From: Octopus sinensis
Lineage: Eukaryota
Direction: 5' to 3'
Assembly (NCBI RefSeq): GCF_006345805.1
Contig: NC_043008.1
Span: 10,478,001 to 10,542,000 of the forward strand
DNA length: 64,000 nucleotides
Under the pieces are notes generated by a model. It ran no database searches. It was not told where the DNA came from and saw nothing but the letters and a program-made list of their open reading frames with translations. The stretch's first letter is position 1. Each line of letters starts with the position of its first letter. Below, one piece after another: positions 12,770-24,810 of the stretch. Made by a program: the position numbers and the translations under genes.

Positions 12770-13725
12770 CCACCAAATAAAAGATGTAATTTCTCAAGAA
12801 ACAAATATAATGCAAGGAGGATTGTGGAAAACCGAAGGCAGGAGTCTGGAGAGAGAAACTAGATGAGATTTTCTCAAATTCAGCAAATGCATGTTGCAGC
12901 ACTTAATGCTGGATCCTTAAATCAATGTTTTAATGATTAGACAGCGGTCCAATAGAATAGCTCTCAACAACAGACTATGTACAAATTCGTTCTTCACAAC
13001 TCCTGAAGCTGTTTTCAGATATGATCCATCCCATTCTTATAAAAATAATAACTCTGTCCAAATTGGTGTGCTAAACTCAAATTGTTGTTTCTGTAGAGCT
13101 TTAAAATTTTCAAATGAAACAAATGGTATGTACTGCTCAGGCAGTAAGGTAACATTGCCAGCACTACCAGCTCCTTCTCAACCTCTTATGGATCTTCTAG
13201 AAGGCATTTCCATCCAGTCAAAGGATTTTGTAAACAATATCAGACAATAAAACTCTGCAAATGACATTGTTTGATGCATCTAAGAAGATAGATAAACATG
13301 AATTTACAACGTCAAAGTTCAAGGGCAAGTCTATCACCTCATTAGTTCCCTGTTACCTGCAAATGAACAACCACAGTTCCTCCAAATTTACTTTATGAGT
13401 GATGTAGGACAACAAACCCGAAGGAGATGTCAATATTTCAGATGACGGGTTGTGTTAGACAAGCACCGACTGCTGCAAAAGAGCGTATATCCACTGACAG
13501 CTTCTCGGTGTGTTAAAAAATCCCATAACCCTCACAGATTAGGGCCTGAAATACTCCAAACAGATGCATAGCATGTTGCTTAGTTGAATTAGCCCTTTAT
13601 TTACTCCACAAATGTTTTGTTGTCAATGCTGCACTTTCCCATATCACCTGTTTCAACATAACTGTAATATATTATATACAAACTATGCCATTTTAATTCC
13701 AAGCAAATCCGGGTGTCTCTGCTAG
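12770..13725 (+). mobile_element. Internally deleted Helitron with RepHel pseudogene fragments
   Basis: ORF 12933-13250 has YCSGSKVTLPALPAPSQPLMDLL..SKDFVNNIRQ, followed by a frameshifted KVQGQVYHLISSLLP..FLQIYFM; 3' hairpin relic at 13699-13713 and CTAG|T at 13722-13725; left boundary is a guess. Confidence 0.8.
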
Positions 13726-13745
13726 TATATATTTATATATATATA

Positions 13746-13931
13746 TGACAGACTTCATTAAATTTCCATCTACCAAATCCACTCAAAAGGCTTTGGTCAG
13801 CCTGAGGCTATAGTAGAAGACACTTGCCCATGGTACCATGCAGTGGGACTGAAGCCAGAACCATGTGGTTGGTAAGCAAGCTACTTACCACACAGCCACT
13901 TCTGCACCAATGTACAGTCACTCCTGTGCCT
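13746..13931 (-). mobile_element. SINE family A, 5' half
   Basis: Reverse complement of the family A head. Confidence 0.85.
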
Positions 13932-14414
13932 ATATTATTTTTATCATTTGTTTGACAAAATTCGAAGTTTGTGTGTGTGTGTATGTGATGTTGTATACAA
14001 AAAACAGTTTAATATCAAATTGAAGGATTATGCAATACTTTATAGTAAAGTACATACTTATTAATTTTTTACAAGGAAAAAGTTGATAATGACTTCAAAA
14101 TTTCAGCCTACCAGCCATCATCACACAGTGGTTTACTTTGGTTTTTTTCTGGCTTATATAGTTTTTTGCAGTAGGTGGAATAATGTGAAAGAGAATTAGG
14201 TGTGGTGTAGGTAAACAGGAAAAGTGATTGTGTAGGAAAATGGAAGAATGGAGAAGGAGAGGTGGAAAATATATGCTTATAGGGTGTCGAGTGAAGAAAA
14301 GGGATGAAGGAAAAATGTTATGCCAGGACTGGAAGTAAAACCTGGAATCAAAAAGCCTTAAGCTTAACTTAGTAAAGCCAGTGTTTTAGCAAGCAAGAAA
14401 ACAGACGTAACTAT

Positions 14415-14780
14415 AGGCGCAGGAGTGGCTGTGTGGTAAGTAGCTTGTTTACCAACCACATGGTTCCGGGTTCAGTCCCACTGCGGGGCATCTTGGGCAA
14501 GTGTCTTCTAATATAGCCGACCAATGCCTTGTGAGTGAATTTGTATGTGTGTATATGTTTGTGTGTCTGTGTTTGTCCCCCCCTAGCATTGCTTGACAAC
14601 TGATGCTGGTGTGTTTACGTCCCCGTCACTTAGTGGTTCGGTAAAAGAGACCGATAGAATAAGTACTGGGCTTACAAAGAATAAGTCCCGGGGTTGAGTT
14701 GCTCAACTAAAGGCGGTGCCCAGCATGGCCGCAGTCAAATGACTGAAACAAGTAAAAGAGTAAAAGAGTAAAGAGAGAGT
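14415..14780 (+). mobile_element. SINE family A, near full length
   Basis: Same head and tail as 6845 and 48775. Confidence 0.9.
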
Positions 14781-16339
14781 ACTCCCTTCAAGAAAATTAC
14801 CCTACTTGATATGTAAAGAAACTGAAAATAGAAATGCCAAGTAGTGTACTACTGACATGTAAGAAGTGCAGTGGAATCATGGGAAGGTTTACATAGAAAG
14901 TATTCATTGTATGCGGCTGATACACAGGAGCAATAAACACTATAAACACATGAAAATAGATTTTCTTTAATGCTGAGGATTAAAGAAAATCTTTAGGAAG
15001 GTCCTTAGAGATTGTAAATAGTTTCTATTACCTAGGTGATGTAATTAGCAGCTAAGGATGATGTTCTGAAAGTATAGTCGTAAGAAAATGAACTAGCCTG
15101 AGAAAGTTCAGAGATCCTCTTGTTATGACTAATGTCTCCTGTTTTTGAGTAAATCATTGTCATTCACAGGGATTTTAGAGATAGCTTTTATTTCCATAAC
15201 TGGCAGTAATCTGTGAGGAGGGTGCTGAAGATGATCTGTTTTGAAATATGTTTTAAAGAGAAACAGTGTTTAAAGAGATTGTATGCAAAAGTGATGGTAT
15301 GCTACTTCTGATGCATAATTACTTCATCAATTGATATCAGTCAAATTAATAGAATACTTGAGATGTTAATGGAAGTGGCTTGGACTGGTAGTGATAGCTA
15401 AAAAGAAAAACGATTTACACAGATGTAAAACTTTTTTTTTTTTACTTTCTGTTTGCTTTTTATGATGTTTTCCAACAAGCCAATCACTGATTAACTGCTT
15501 TTATAATGGGGAGATTGATAGAGGAACATTTGTGCAATTTGAATGAAAAACTACCACATAAATTATTTTTGTTTAAAAGCACTGTTTTTACTGTAGTTTA
15601 CATTTCTGCTATGAAGTTTCCTAACTTGCATTATCATAGTAGTGTTCTTGCCAAAGCCTTGTTGCTGTAGTTTGGGCTCAGGTCAGTCATGGTTGAGTAA
15701 ATCTGTGCTTCAGGGCATTCAAACCATGACAATTCAGTTGTTGCTAAAGATATATGTAAATGAGAAAAAGACAGTTACAAGATTAAAAACTTTTTACAGC
15801 CCTCATAATTTGTATAATTTTACTTCGTTATATTTTAATTTTTTGTTATTGTTACATGCAGGCCAACCATCTGTTTACACAGATCTCAGATAAAAAATAT
15901 TATTCTTTCATATTTATGTTCATTTTATATTTATGAATGGGATGGGCTAATAGCTGTGAATACTAAATCGTGTCCTGGTGAAGAATTTATCACTCAGTAT
16001 AATCTTATCTATCAGAATAAGAGTTATACAAACCCAGAAGCACAGAAACTGATAAAAGATACGGAAAATGAAAGATCCCTCAGTCAAATACAGATTCAAA
16101 GAAGTACCTGATGATATGTATGTCAAAACGGAGGAGAAGGAGATCTATAGTACTGAAGGTGATTGGGAGATTAAATGAAATAACCTACCATGAACTCCAG
16201 AATAGATGTGTAGATGGAGTAAGAAGGTGACATGGTGGTAATATAATTCTGTAGACAAAGATGTGAAAACTAAAAGGCAGTGATTTGTCTGTAAGAATAA
16301 GGTCATCAGTGTAGAGGAGCTACCATATAATTATATACA

Positions 16340-16755
16340 TATGTGCTGGTGCTATGCAAAAAGTACCTATTCTGGTGCTATGTAAAAAGTACCTATTCTG
16401 GTGCTATGTAAAAAGTACCTATTCTGGTGCTATGCAAAAAGTACCTATTCTGGTGCTATGTAAAAAGTACCTATTCTGGTGCTATGTAAAAAGTACCTAT
16501 TCTGGTGCTATGCAAAAAGTACCTATTCTGGTGCTATGCAAAAAGTACCTATTCTGGTGCTATGCAAAAAGTACCTATTCTGGTGCTATGTAAAAAGAAC
16601 CCAGTACAAAAGTGATTGGCATTAGGAAGGGCACCCAACCATAAAATCCATGCCAAAGCACAATTAGAGTCTGGTACAGCTCTCCTGTTTTCCAGCTTCT
16701 GCCAAACCATTCAGTTCATGACAGCATGGAAAACAGATGTTAAATGATGATGATT
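16340..16755 (+). mobile_element. Family C copy hosting the minisatellite
   Basis: Continues as attggcattaggaagggcacc...ggaaaacagatgttaaatgatgatg. Confidence 0.75.
16346..16597 (+). repeat. 26-nt minisatellite, about 9.7 copies
   Basis: Unit ctggtgctatg(c/t)aaaaagtacctatt; ORF 16354-16593 has a 26-aa period. Confidence 0.97.
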
Positions 16756-17292
16756 GCAGTTATAGCCCTTACTAGCTTTTAGATTTTTTAAATTTAGTAT
16801 TGATTGCTTCAACAATCTCAGTTGATCAAATTTTTCAGTTCACTATATCACTTTATTAAATTGATGGTACTAGCAAACAAGTGGATGTCCTTATAAACAC
16901 ACACCAATGATTGGTTATTATGTTAGAAATTTTTTTTATAGATTAAGTCAGTGGCTCATGAAGAAACTGTTGATGAAATAAGGGATACTTATTGATTTTT
17001 TTTTTCTAAGTAACTACTGTAGTGTTGTAATTTATGGATAATTAGTGCAGAGTTATTGTTATATCGTTGGTGTGACTATGTTGAAGAAATGAAAGTGCTA
17101 GGAGTTATATTTATTAATATATTTTTGTTAATTTGATTATTTCTGTGGTTTGATAAAACTGACTTTCAAAAATTGTCTTAAGGTTGTTTTTGTGTATCTG
17201 TACATGAAACCCTAAATAGACTTATTGAATCGTTATTATTGTTATTATATCAATGCCCTCTCCTTGTTTCTCTCCTTGTGTTTTCTGTGTCC

Positions 17293-17328
17293 CTTTCTGT
17301 AGAAGAGCATAGGCTCGAAACGTAAAAG
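17293..17328 (+). ncRNA. Minimal type I hammerhead motif with a core deviation (Penelope-like remnant)
   Basis: Stem I CTTT/AAAG, core CTGTAGA plus extra A, stem II GAGC-ATAG-GCTC, GAAA, palindromic ACGT stem III; position A6 is T. Confidence 0.5.
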
Positions 17329-17408
17329 ACTTTTTCTTTTCCTGAGCATTATACTAATACATCTGTTTGTTTTGTACACCACCTGTCTTCGTCTTTTGTT
17401 TTTTTCAT

Positions 17409-17411
<3 letters not shown>

Positions 17412-17441
<30 letters not shown>
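17412..17441. repeat. (CT)n microsatellite
   Basis: Direct reading. Confidence 0.95.
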
Positions 17442-17442
<1 letters not shown>

Positions 17443-17445
<3 letters not shown>

Positions 17446-18003
17446 TTCCGAATTACACTACTTGGCGGTTGGAGTTATGGCTGCTCTTTCTGGTGGACGA
17501 ATGGCCTGTTCAGGCCATTCCTAAATTGTTATATTTATACATATTTAGTCTTTGACTATTTTCTCTTTTCCATTAGGCCGCTGGTAGCGATAAATTTTTA
17601 CTGAATTTTTTGCTACCCTAAATTGATTAATTGATAATTTTCTGACTAATTCTGAGATTGAATCGGCAGTTTATATTTGCTGCCGATAAGTTTGGCGCGA
17701 ATGCGTTGGTCTTGAAAATTTTAAGACAGATATTCCGAGGCATTGATACAGTAGCCTCGTGTATATCCGTCTCTCCCAGGTTTCTTTTACTGATGAAGTG
17801 TGACCTATGGTAGACTAGCTTAATTTAATTTAATTAAGCTGGTCTATCATTAAAGACACCGAAACGATGCATCGTATAAAAGATGAATTAGGGTAAATGT
17901 TTTTAAATTTTCACCTTATTTCCGAATTACACTACTTGGCGGTTGGAGTTATGGCTGCTCTTTCTGGTGGACGAATGGCCTGTTCAGGCCATTCCTAAAT
18001 TGT

Positions 18004-18008
<5 letters not shown>
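17443..18008 (+). mobile_element. Retrozyme-like or Penelope-derived non-autonomous element: 474-nt unit plus 92-nt terminal redundancy
   Basis: 17443-17534 is identical to 17917-18008; internal hammerhead; multiple hairpins; 16 CpG in the unit; flanked by (CT)n and (TA)n. Confidence 0.8.
17783..17883 (+). ncRNA. Type I hammerhead ribozyme
   Basis: Stem I TCTTTTA(17783-89)/TAAAAGA(17877-83); CTGATGA 17790-96; long stem II; GAAA 17861-64; palindromic stem III ACGATGCATCGT; predicted GUA cleavage after 17876. Confidence 0.85.
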
Positions 18009-18035
<27 letters not shown>

Positions 18036-18880
18036 ATTATATTCAAGTTTGGCTACTTTTATAGCTTGTAAACAATTTTGATATGTTAAGTAGAATTTTA
18101 TAACATTCAGTAAGTATCTTTGAATAAATTTATTTATTAGTGACAGGGTTTTATTTGAGTTACTTGTTTTTATAGAGTTGTATAAATAATAATTTATTTT
18201 ATATCACATTTTGTGGACAGTAATGTGATTGGACCAGTCACTAGTTCACTGCATTTAGTAACAAGGGTCCATCTTTCAAAAGTATTGGTTTTTATCAGTT
18301 TACTTGATAATGTTTTTGCTACCAGTGTATACTAGTGGAAAATAAACATACACACATATGTTGTGTGTATGTCTACACAGTGAAACTATGAAGAAACTAA
18401 AAGAAGATTCAATATTTGTATAGAGCAGATGTTTAATATGTTGGTCATAATATAATTTAGTCTTTCATTGCTTCAAATTTCATATCTTTAAGCTGATTGG
18501 ATGAGATTGCAGCATCAGAATACTGAACTCTGCAGGTTTCTGCACAATTTCCATTTACCATATTTCACTCATAAATCATAGCTTGAATAGAAGACACTTA
18601 CCCAAAGTGCCATGCATTGCACTGAACCCAGCATCACATAGCTGTGAACCAAACTTCTTAATGATGCATTTCTATATTTGCTCATGGGAATTTTAAAAAA
18701 ATTATCTTTCTTTACCTAAATATTAAATTTAAAGATTATGTTGACTTTCTTTCTTTACCAGTCTATTTTCAATCTAATTTGGGAAAAACATAATTGCTGT
18801 CCCTTAATTTACTTGTTTATGTCCTCCTTTCCTACTTGTTTATGCCCTTCTTTCTTAACTGAAAATGTAATTGCTGACAT

Positions 18881-19215
18881 GTAATGGCTTAGTGGTTAGA
18901 GTGTCGAGCTTACGATCGTGAGGTTGTGAGCTCGAATCCCGGACCGGGCTGCGTGTTGTGTTCTTGAGCAAGACACTTTATTTCACGTTGCTCCAGTTCA
19001 CTCAGCTGTAGAAATGAGTTGCGACGTCACAGGTGCCAAGCTGTATCGGCCCCTTTGCCTTTCCCTTGGATAACACTGGTGACGTGGAGAAGGGAGGCCG
19101 GTATGCATGGGCGACTGCTGGTCTTCCATAAAACAACCTTGCCCAGACTTGTGCCTCAGAGGGTAACTTTCTAGGTGCAATCCCATGGCCAGTGTCAGAC
19201 CGAAGGGAGTCTCAC
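18881..19215 (+). mobile_element. tRNA-derived SINE (family F), young
   Basis: A-box tggcttagtggttag, B-box gctcgaatccc, ttcttgagcaagacactt..cagctgtagaaatgagt domain, CpG retained, (CA)n tail. Confidence 0.85.
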
Positions 19216-19384
19216 ACACACACACACACAATTGCTGACATGAACTGTTGATTGGTGTCAATTTCTTTTCTCATCCATATATTTATGACCACACTAACTT
19301 TAACCTTCCTCTGTGCATTTGGCTGCATGTATGTATGTTATGTATGCATGTTTCCTTGGGATTTATTTAAATTTTTCTTCACAG

Positions 19385-19444
19385 GTTTCAAGCTGGTCAC
19401 TAACAAAGTGACAAGCTTCATCACCATGACAGCTCCAGGGATTT
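19385..19444 (+). CDS. Candidate host-gene exon with possible start codon (ATG 19426; MTAPGI)
   Basis: Strong acceptor tttttcttcacag, accATG context, donor GTGAAT; phase 1 joins 22061 in frame. Confidence 0.25.
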
Positions 19445-19478
19445 GTGAATATTTAAACATGGGTTCTTGCATGCATAT

Positions 19479-19521
<43 letters not shown>

Positions 19522-19729
19522 GTTATTTTATTGGTATTTCTGTACTTGTGAATGTACTTACACTCCTGTCTCTTTTATGCTTTTATGTATGTGCATGTAT
19601 GTGTGTGTATGTATGCTATATGCACACATCATGATGTGCATATCTTCATTCGGATAAAAATGTATTGGAATATTTTTGTAAAAATCTACACCATATCATT
19701 AATTGATTATTAATGGAAATTGTAGTTGT

Positions 19730-20060
19730 GATATCAGTGCTGGTGGCACGTTAAAAGCACCATCTGTTCGTGGCCTATGCCAGCGCCACTTGACTGGCTT
19801 CTGTGCCGGTAGCACGTAAAAAACACCAACCAATCGTGGCCATTGCCAGCCTCCCCTGGCACCTATGCCAGTGGCATGCAAAAAGCACCCACTACACTCA
19901 CAGAGTGGTTGGCGTTAGGAAGGGCATCCAGCCGTAGAAACACTGCCAGATCAGACTGGAGCCTGGTGCAGCTTCCTGGCTTTCCAGACCCTGGTCAAAC
20001 CGTCCAACCCATGCTAGCATGGAAAATGGACATTAAACGATGATGATGATGATGATGATG
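19730..20060 (+). mobile_element. Family C copy
   Basis: Full core ending gacattaaacgatgatgatgat. Confidence 0.9.
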
Positions 20061-21306
20061 TGAATGAGTTTTGTTCTTGAAAAACCTTAACATTTCCAGT
20101 ATTTTATGTAAATCTCTTGATATAACTAGGAAATAAGAACCATATATGTTTTATGTACGTGATGGACAGATGGATGAATGAATGGATTGATTGATTGATT
20201 GATTCTGCTCATGATCAAAGTTATTAATTTGTCACCTGGAGAAATGGAAAAAACTATGATCTGTCAGGCATTTGTCCTTCTTCAGAATATGGTTACATAA
20301 TGGAACAGCAAAAGGAAAGTTAAGGAAAACCTATCTACTTGGTACAAAGGACTGACTGGAAGTAGGAAATGGTTGAGTATGACTTTCAGAAACAGAGGAG
20401 TGGATGAAAAATTGTAGGTGTGTCTGTGGGTATATTAGTGTATGTGTGAAGGGTGTGGAAAACTTGTCATCTGCTTGTGTGAATGTGTGAGACTTTTTTG
20501 TGTTATGAGTGTGTGTATGTGTGTGTGTGTGTGTTTGTTTATACATGTCTGTTATTATCAGTACATGTCTGTTATTAATACATTTGTGGACATGTATACA
20601 TGTGTTATATTGTGTTGTGATTGTGTGTAAGTGGTGTGTAGACATGTTTCTTATGATATAAATATTGCTTGATCATGTGTGCATGCATGTGGGCATGTGT
20701 ATTAGTTGCATTATATTATGTTAAGTAGTTATGTGAAAATGTGTATGTACATAGATAAGTTAGTGTGTGTATGTGTATATTTTGCAGTGCGCATAATGTG
20801 GTGTGTGTTTGTGTGTGGAGGGGGGGGGGTTGAAGGAGGTATTAAGATATTTGTGGAGATTTTTTTTGTTGTGCATATGTGACATCAGGTTGAGTGTGTG
20901 TGAGACATGAGGGTGTGTGCATGTGTGTGTAAGTTGCCAGGGTGTGTTAGTGGAAGTGTTGAAGAGGATGAGTGGTACATTGAAGCTGAAGAAATCTTTC
21001 ATGGAGGAAATTTCAGTTCATTTTTGTTGAGGATCTTTTTGAATTGTTTTCCACTGAGCCTTATGGAAATTTAGGCTAGGCAGAGTTTGAGTATTCTTTG
21101 TGAGATACATAGCAATAATTCTTAAATTGTCAATTCATTTATGTTATGGTGAGAGAAAATGATAGGCATTATCTTCACATTATAAGTGAGACCTTGTTAT
21201 TTGTGAAGCAGAGAGCTAAAGCATTCTTGTCTCTGGCTGGATGTTTGGTACTCAAGAGAAGTACATTATTAAGTTGAGGTAGTTTAATATTTCTATTTTT
21301 CTTTAA

Positions 21307-21710
21307 GATGGTGAGCTAGCAGAATCATTAGCATATCAGACAAAATGCTTAGCGGTATTTTGTCTGCCGCTACGTTCTGAGTTCAAATTCCGCTGAGGTC
21401 GACTTTGCCTTTCATCCTCTCGGGGTCGATTAAATAAGTACCAGTTACACACTGGGGTCGATATAATCGACTTGATCCATTTGTCTGTCCTTGTTTGTCC
21501 TCTCTGTGTTTAGCCCCTTGTGGGAAATTAAGAAATAGGTATTTTGTCTGTCTTTATGTTCTGAGTTCAAATTCTGCTGAGGTCAACTTTGCCCTTCATC
21601 CTTTAGGGATCAATAAAATAAGTACCAATTGAGCAGTGGGGTCAATGTAATTGGCTTACCATCTACCCTGAACTTGCTGGCCTTGTACCAAAATTTGAAA
21701 CCCATATTTC
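21307..21710 (+). mobile_element. Family B SINE followed by a second partial copy
   Basis: Two ttctgagttcaaatt..gaggtc(g/a)actttgcc modules. Confidence 0.85.
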
Positions 21711-22060
21711 TATCTTTCTGGGGCTTTTTCGGATTTTCTATCCTGATTTGAGGCATCTGCAAATGAATGATATGTGGTACAAGTAACTACATCAAGTTGC
21801 TTCACATATGCTATAAGCATGCTACAAGACATATTTGTGTTTGGTACTAGAACTACAGGTGTGACATCTTTGTGGCTGTACATGACAATTCACCATGATT
21901 TCATTGTTTCCTGTCAATATGAAAGATAACATAATTTGATATGTGCACTTCTACATCTATTATGTTTGTTGTTAGCTGGAAACGCCATGCCAGTGTTTGG
22001 TTTATATGTGGCAAGGTCTCTTCAGTGGAGAATTTTAATTATGTTACTAAACTGTAACAG

Positions 22061-22143
22061 ACCACAGAATCGATGTGACGTTAGGATTAGTTTTTCTGAT
22101 GGTCATCTTGGGTTTTATTATTAGTCATAACTTGTATGTTGAT
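22061..22143 (+). CDS. Candidate exon encoding a transmembrane helix (HRIDVTLGLVFLMVILGFIISHNLYVD)
   Basis: ctgtaacag acceptor, GTAAGT donor at 22144, open frame, two CpG retained in CpG-poor surroundings. Confidence 0.4.
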
Positions 22144-22703
22144 GTAAGTAATTTTGTATCTTTTGACTACCGTTACTGTAATTTAACATATCAACATCAC
22201 ATTTACTATGGCTTTCAAGTTTATTGTTTCATTTATAAAAGCATTTGTTGTTTAAAATTCTTTTAGAAATAAGACCCTTTGATGATTGTTTCATTTTCTT
22301 TTAATATCTTTGTAGGGCAAGGTAAAAAGTGTTGAACATTATGATTAGAAAACATTCTCTTTTATAAATTTTATTCACATCAGTACACACAGAATGTGTT
22401 CTCAGACTGAAGCATTTGGCTCAGATAATTTATGTTTAATATTGACTTTATATCCCCTGTTCCTTTGGTCTGTCAATATTTGTGAGAAGGTATAATAAAA
22501 TATCAATTCTTATGATGAAATTGTTTGCTCTGGACATTGATTTTATTCAGGTATTTTGTTTGGTTGTCTGTTGATTTATTGATAAGATGTAAGTTACATC
22601 AAAGTTGTTTTACATCTTTACAAGCTCATTGTTATCTATTTTTAATGATAAAATTAAATACTGGAAAGATACTTGAGTGTTAAGAATTTTTGTGGTTACT
22701 GTA

Positions 22704-22735
<32 letters not shown>

Positions 22736-22913
22736 CGATCACTTAATTGTTCATAAGTCAGTAAAAAAAAAAGGACACTCAGTACGAGTAACAGAGAGCT
22801 TCAGGTAAGCATATCTCTGGAGTCATCAATATTACCAAGTGCAATAGTCATTGTGAAACTGATGGTAATATCCTGAACAGTTGTATGGTATGAATAGCAA
22901 TATTCTGCTCAAC

Positions 22914-23215
22914 TATGTATGTATGTATGTATGTATATATGTGTGTATGTATGTATGTATGTGTGTGTATGTGTATGTATGTATGTGTGTGTATGTGTGT
23001 GTATGTATGTATGTATGTATGTATGTGTATGTGTGTGTGTATGTATGTGTGTATGTATGTGTGTATGTATGTATGTATGTGTGTGTATGTATGTGTGTGT
23101 ATGTATGTATGTATGTATGAATGTATATATGTATGTGTGTGTGTATGTATGTATGTATGTATGTGTGTGTGTATGTATGTGTATGTATGTATGTATGTAT
23201 GTATGTATGTATGAA
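22914..23215. repeat. Compound (TATG)n/(TG)n microsatellite
   Basis: Direct reading; source of the MYVC/HTYI pseudo-ORFs. Confidence 0.97.
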
Positions 23216-23932
23216 TAGGTTTGTGTATACGTGGATATATTTATGTGTATACACATATTTGTGTATGTATGTGTGTGTTGGGTGCCTTATGACCATGTTT
23301 TTTGTCCTTGTCCAAGAGTGGGGGTCTTATATTTTGTTGGTCTCATATGTTAAATATAAATAATCACCACACTCACCCACTTTCCTATCTACTATCTTTT
23401 GTCTGCACACGGATGCACACGCACATACACACGCAAGTTGGTAATACCTTGTCCAACATTTGCAAGATTTTTTGAGCTTAAAAAGTCTTAATGACATGTA
23501 TCTGTCTATAATGTATGTGTGCGTGCACTTGTGTGTGAGTCTGTGTGTGCATGTGTACACGATTCTCTGTCTGTGTGTCTGCATCTTTTTTCTGTGTATA
23601 TGTATAGTGTGTATATATGTATGTCTGTAGGTATATATTATATATCTATACATGACTGTATATATGCATGTATATATGTGTGTGTGTAAATATATATATA
23701 TATATATATACACACACATACACATATGTGTAAATATATAGATATCAAAAGGATGTGTTATAATACTATTCCACATATACAATAACAACCATAACAATAT
23801 TGTTTAATTCTATTTGATTATTTATTTAACTATTATTGTTATTATTGTTTACCTGAGGAGTGACTATAATTTGTAATTAAATTGTTTTTCGATTGAATTT
23901 AAATTTAATTGTAATTTGAATTTAAATTATAG

Positions 23933-23945
23933 CCATGGAATGTAC
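23933..23945 (+). CDS. Candidate 13-nt micro-exon (PWNV)
   Basis: ttatag|ccatggaatgtac|gtaagt; in frame after 22143. Confidence 0.25.
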
Positions 23946-24205
23946 GTAAGTTTGATTTTTAGTGCTCTCAAACTTAAATTTAATGAAATCTTGTGCTGAT
24001 GAAAAGAATATTGGAATAGGGTTGTATTTCTAGCATCTCTATATCCAGTTAACCCAGAAACGCATTCACAAGTGATGAATCTTTCAAGTGAACTTTCGTT
24101 ATTTTCCCCTCTATACCAGCGTGAAATGTTTTTGAGTATACATTATCTGGGAGACTCCTCTTAAAGTAGAAGAAATAGCTAAATTTTTTTGCTGAACCCT
24201 AATTA

Positions 24206-24210
<5 letters not shown>

Positions 24211-24280
<70 letters not shown>

Positions 24281-24633
24281 TGAAGACCATAGCTCTTCAA
24301 TATTCTTCCTAAATGCCTGAGATATTCTTCCTAAATGCCATGGTGTGGATGTGGGTTTCTTTAAAATTTAAATAGATCTCTTCTTGTCAGGGGTTCCAGA
24401 TGAACCTACCTCTCAGCAGGAAACACAGATGTGGGCAGCATCATCGAACTCCCTTGTTGACCAAGTGCCATGTATCAGCGGTAGTTTCACATACTAGTGT
24501 AGCTCATTCAAGGACGATGCCCCTGCATGGCCTCAGCTTTCGGGCTGAAACATTTTTAAGGATTTAAGGATTTATATATATATGTATATATGTATGTGTA
24601 TATATATATGTACATATGTATGTGTGTATATAT

Positions 24634-24665
<32 letters not shown>

Positions 24666-24693
24666 CATATGTGTATATATATATGTACAGATG

Positions 24694-24753
<60 letters not shown>

Positions 24754-24763
24754 ATATATGTAC

Positions 24764-24805
<42 letters not shown>
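24211..24805. repeat. (TA)n tracts at 24211-24279 and 24571-24805 flanking a dispersed-repeat-like segment
   Basis: Direct reading. Confidence 0.9.

Positions 24806-24810
<5 letters not shown>

Noticed and set aside
16346-16597. Array considered as CRISPR
   Set aside because: No spacers; eukaryotic tandem repeat
18881-18955. tRNA-like sequence (also 32503-32576)
   Set aside because: SINE heads; no complete cloverleaf, and they run into SINE bodies
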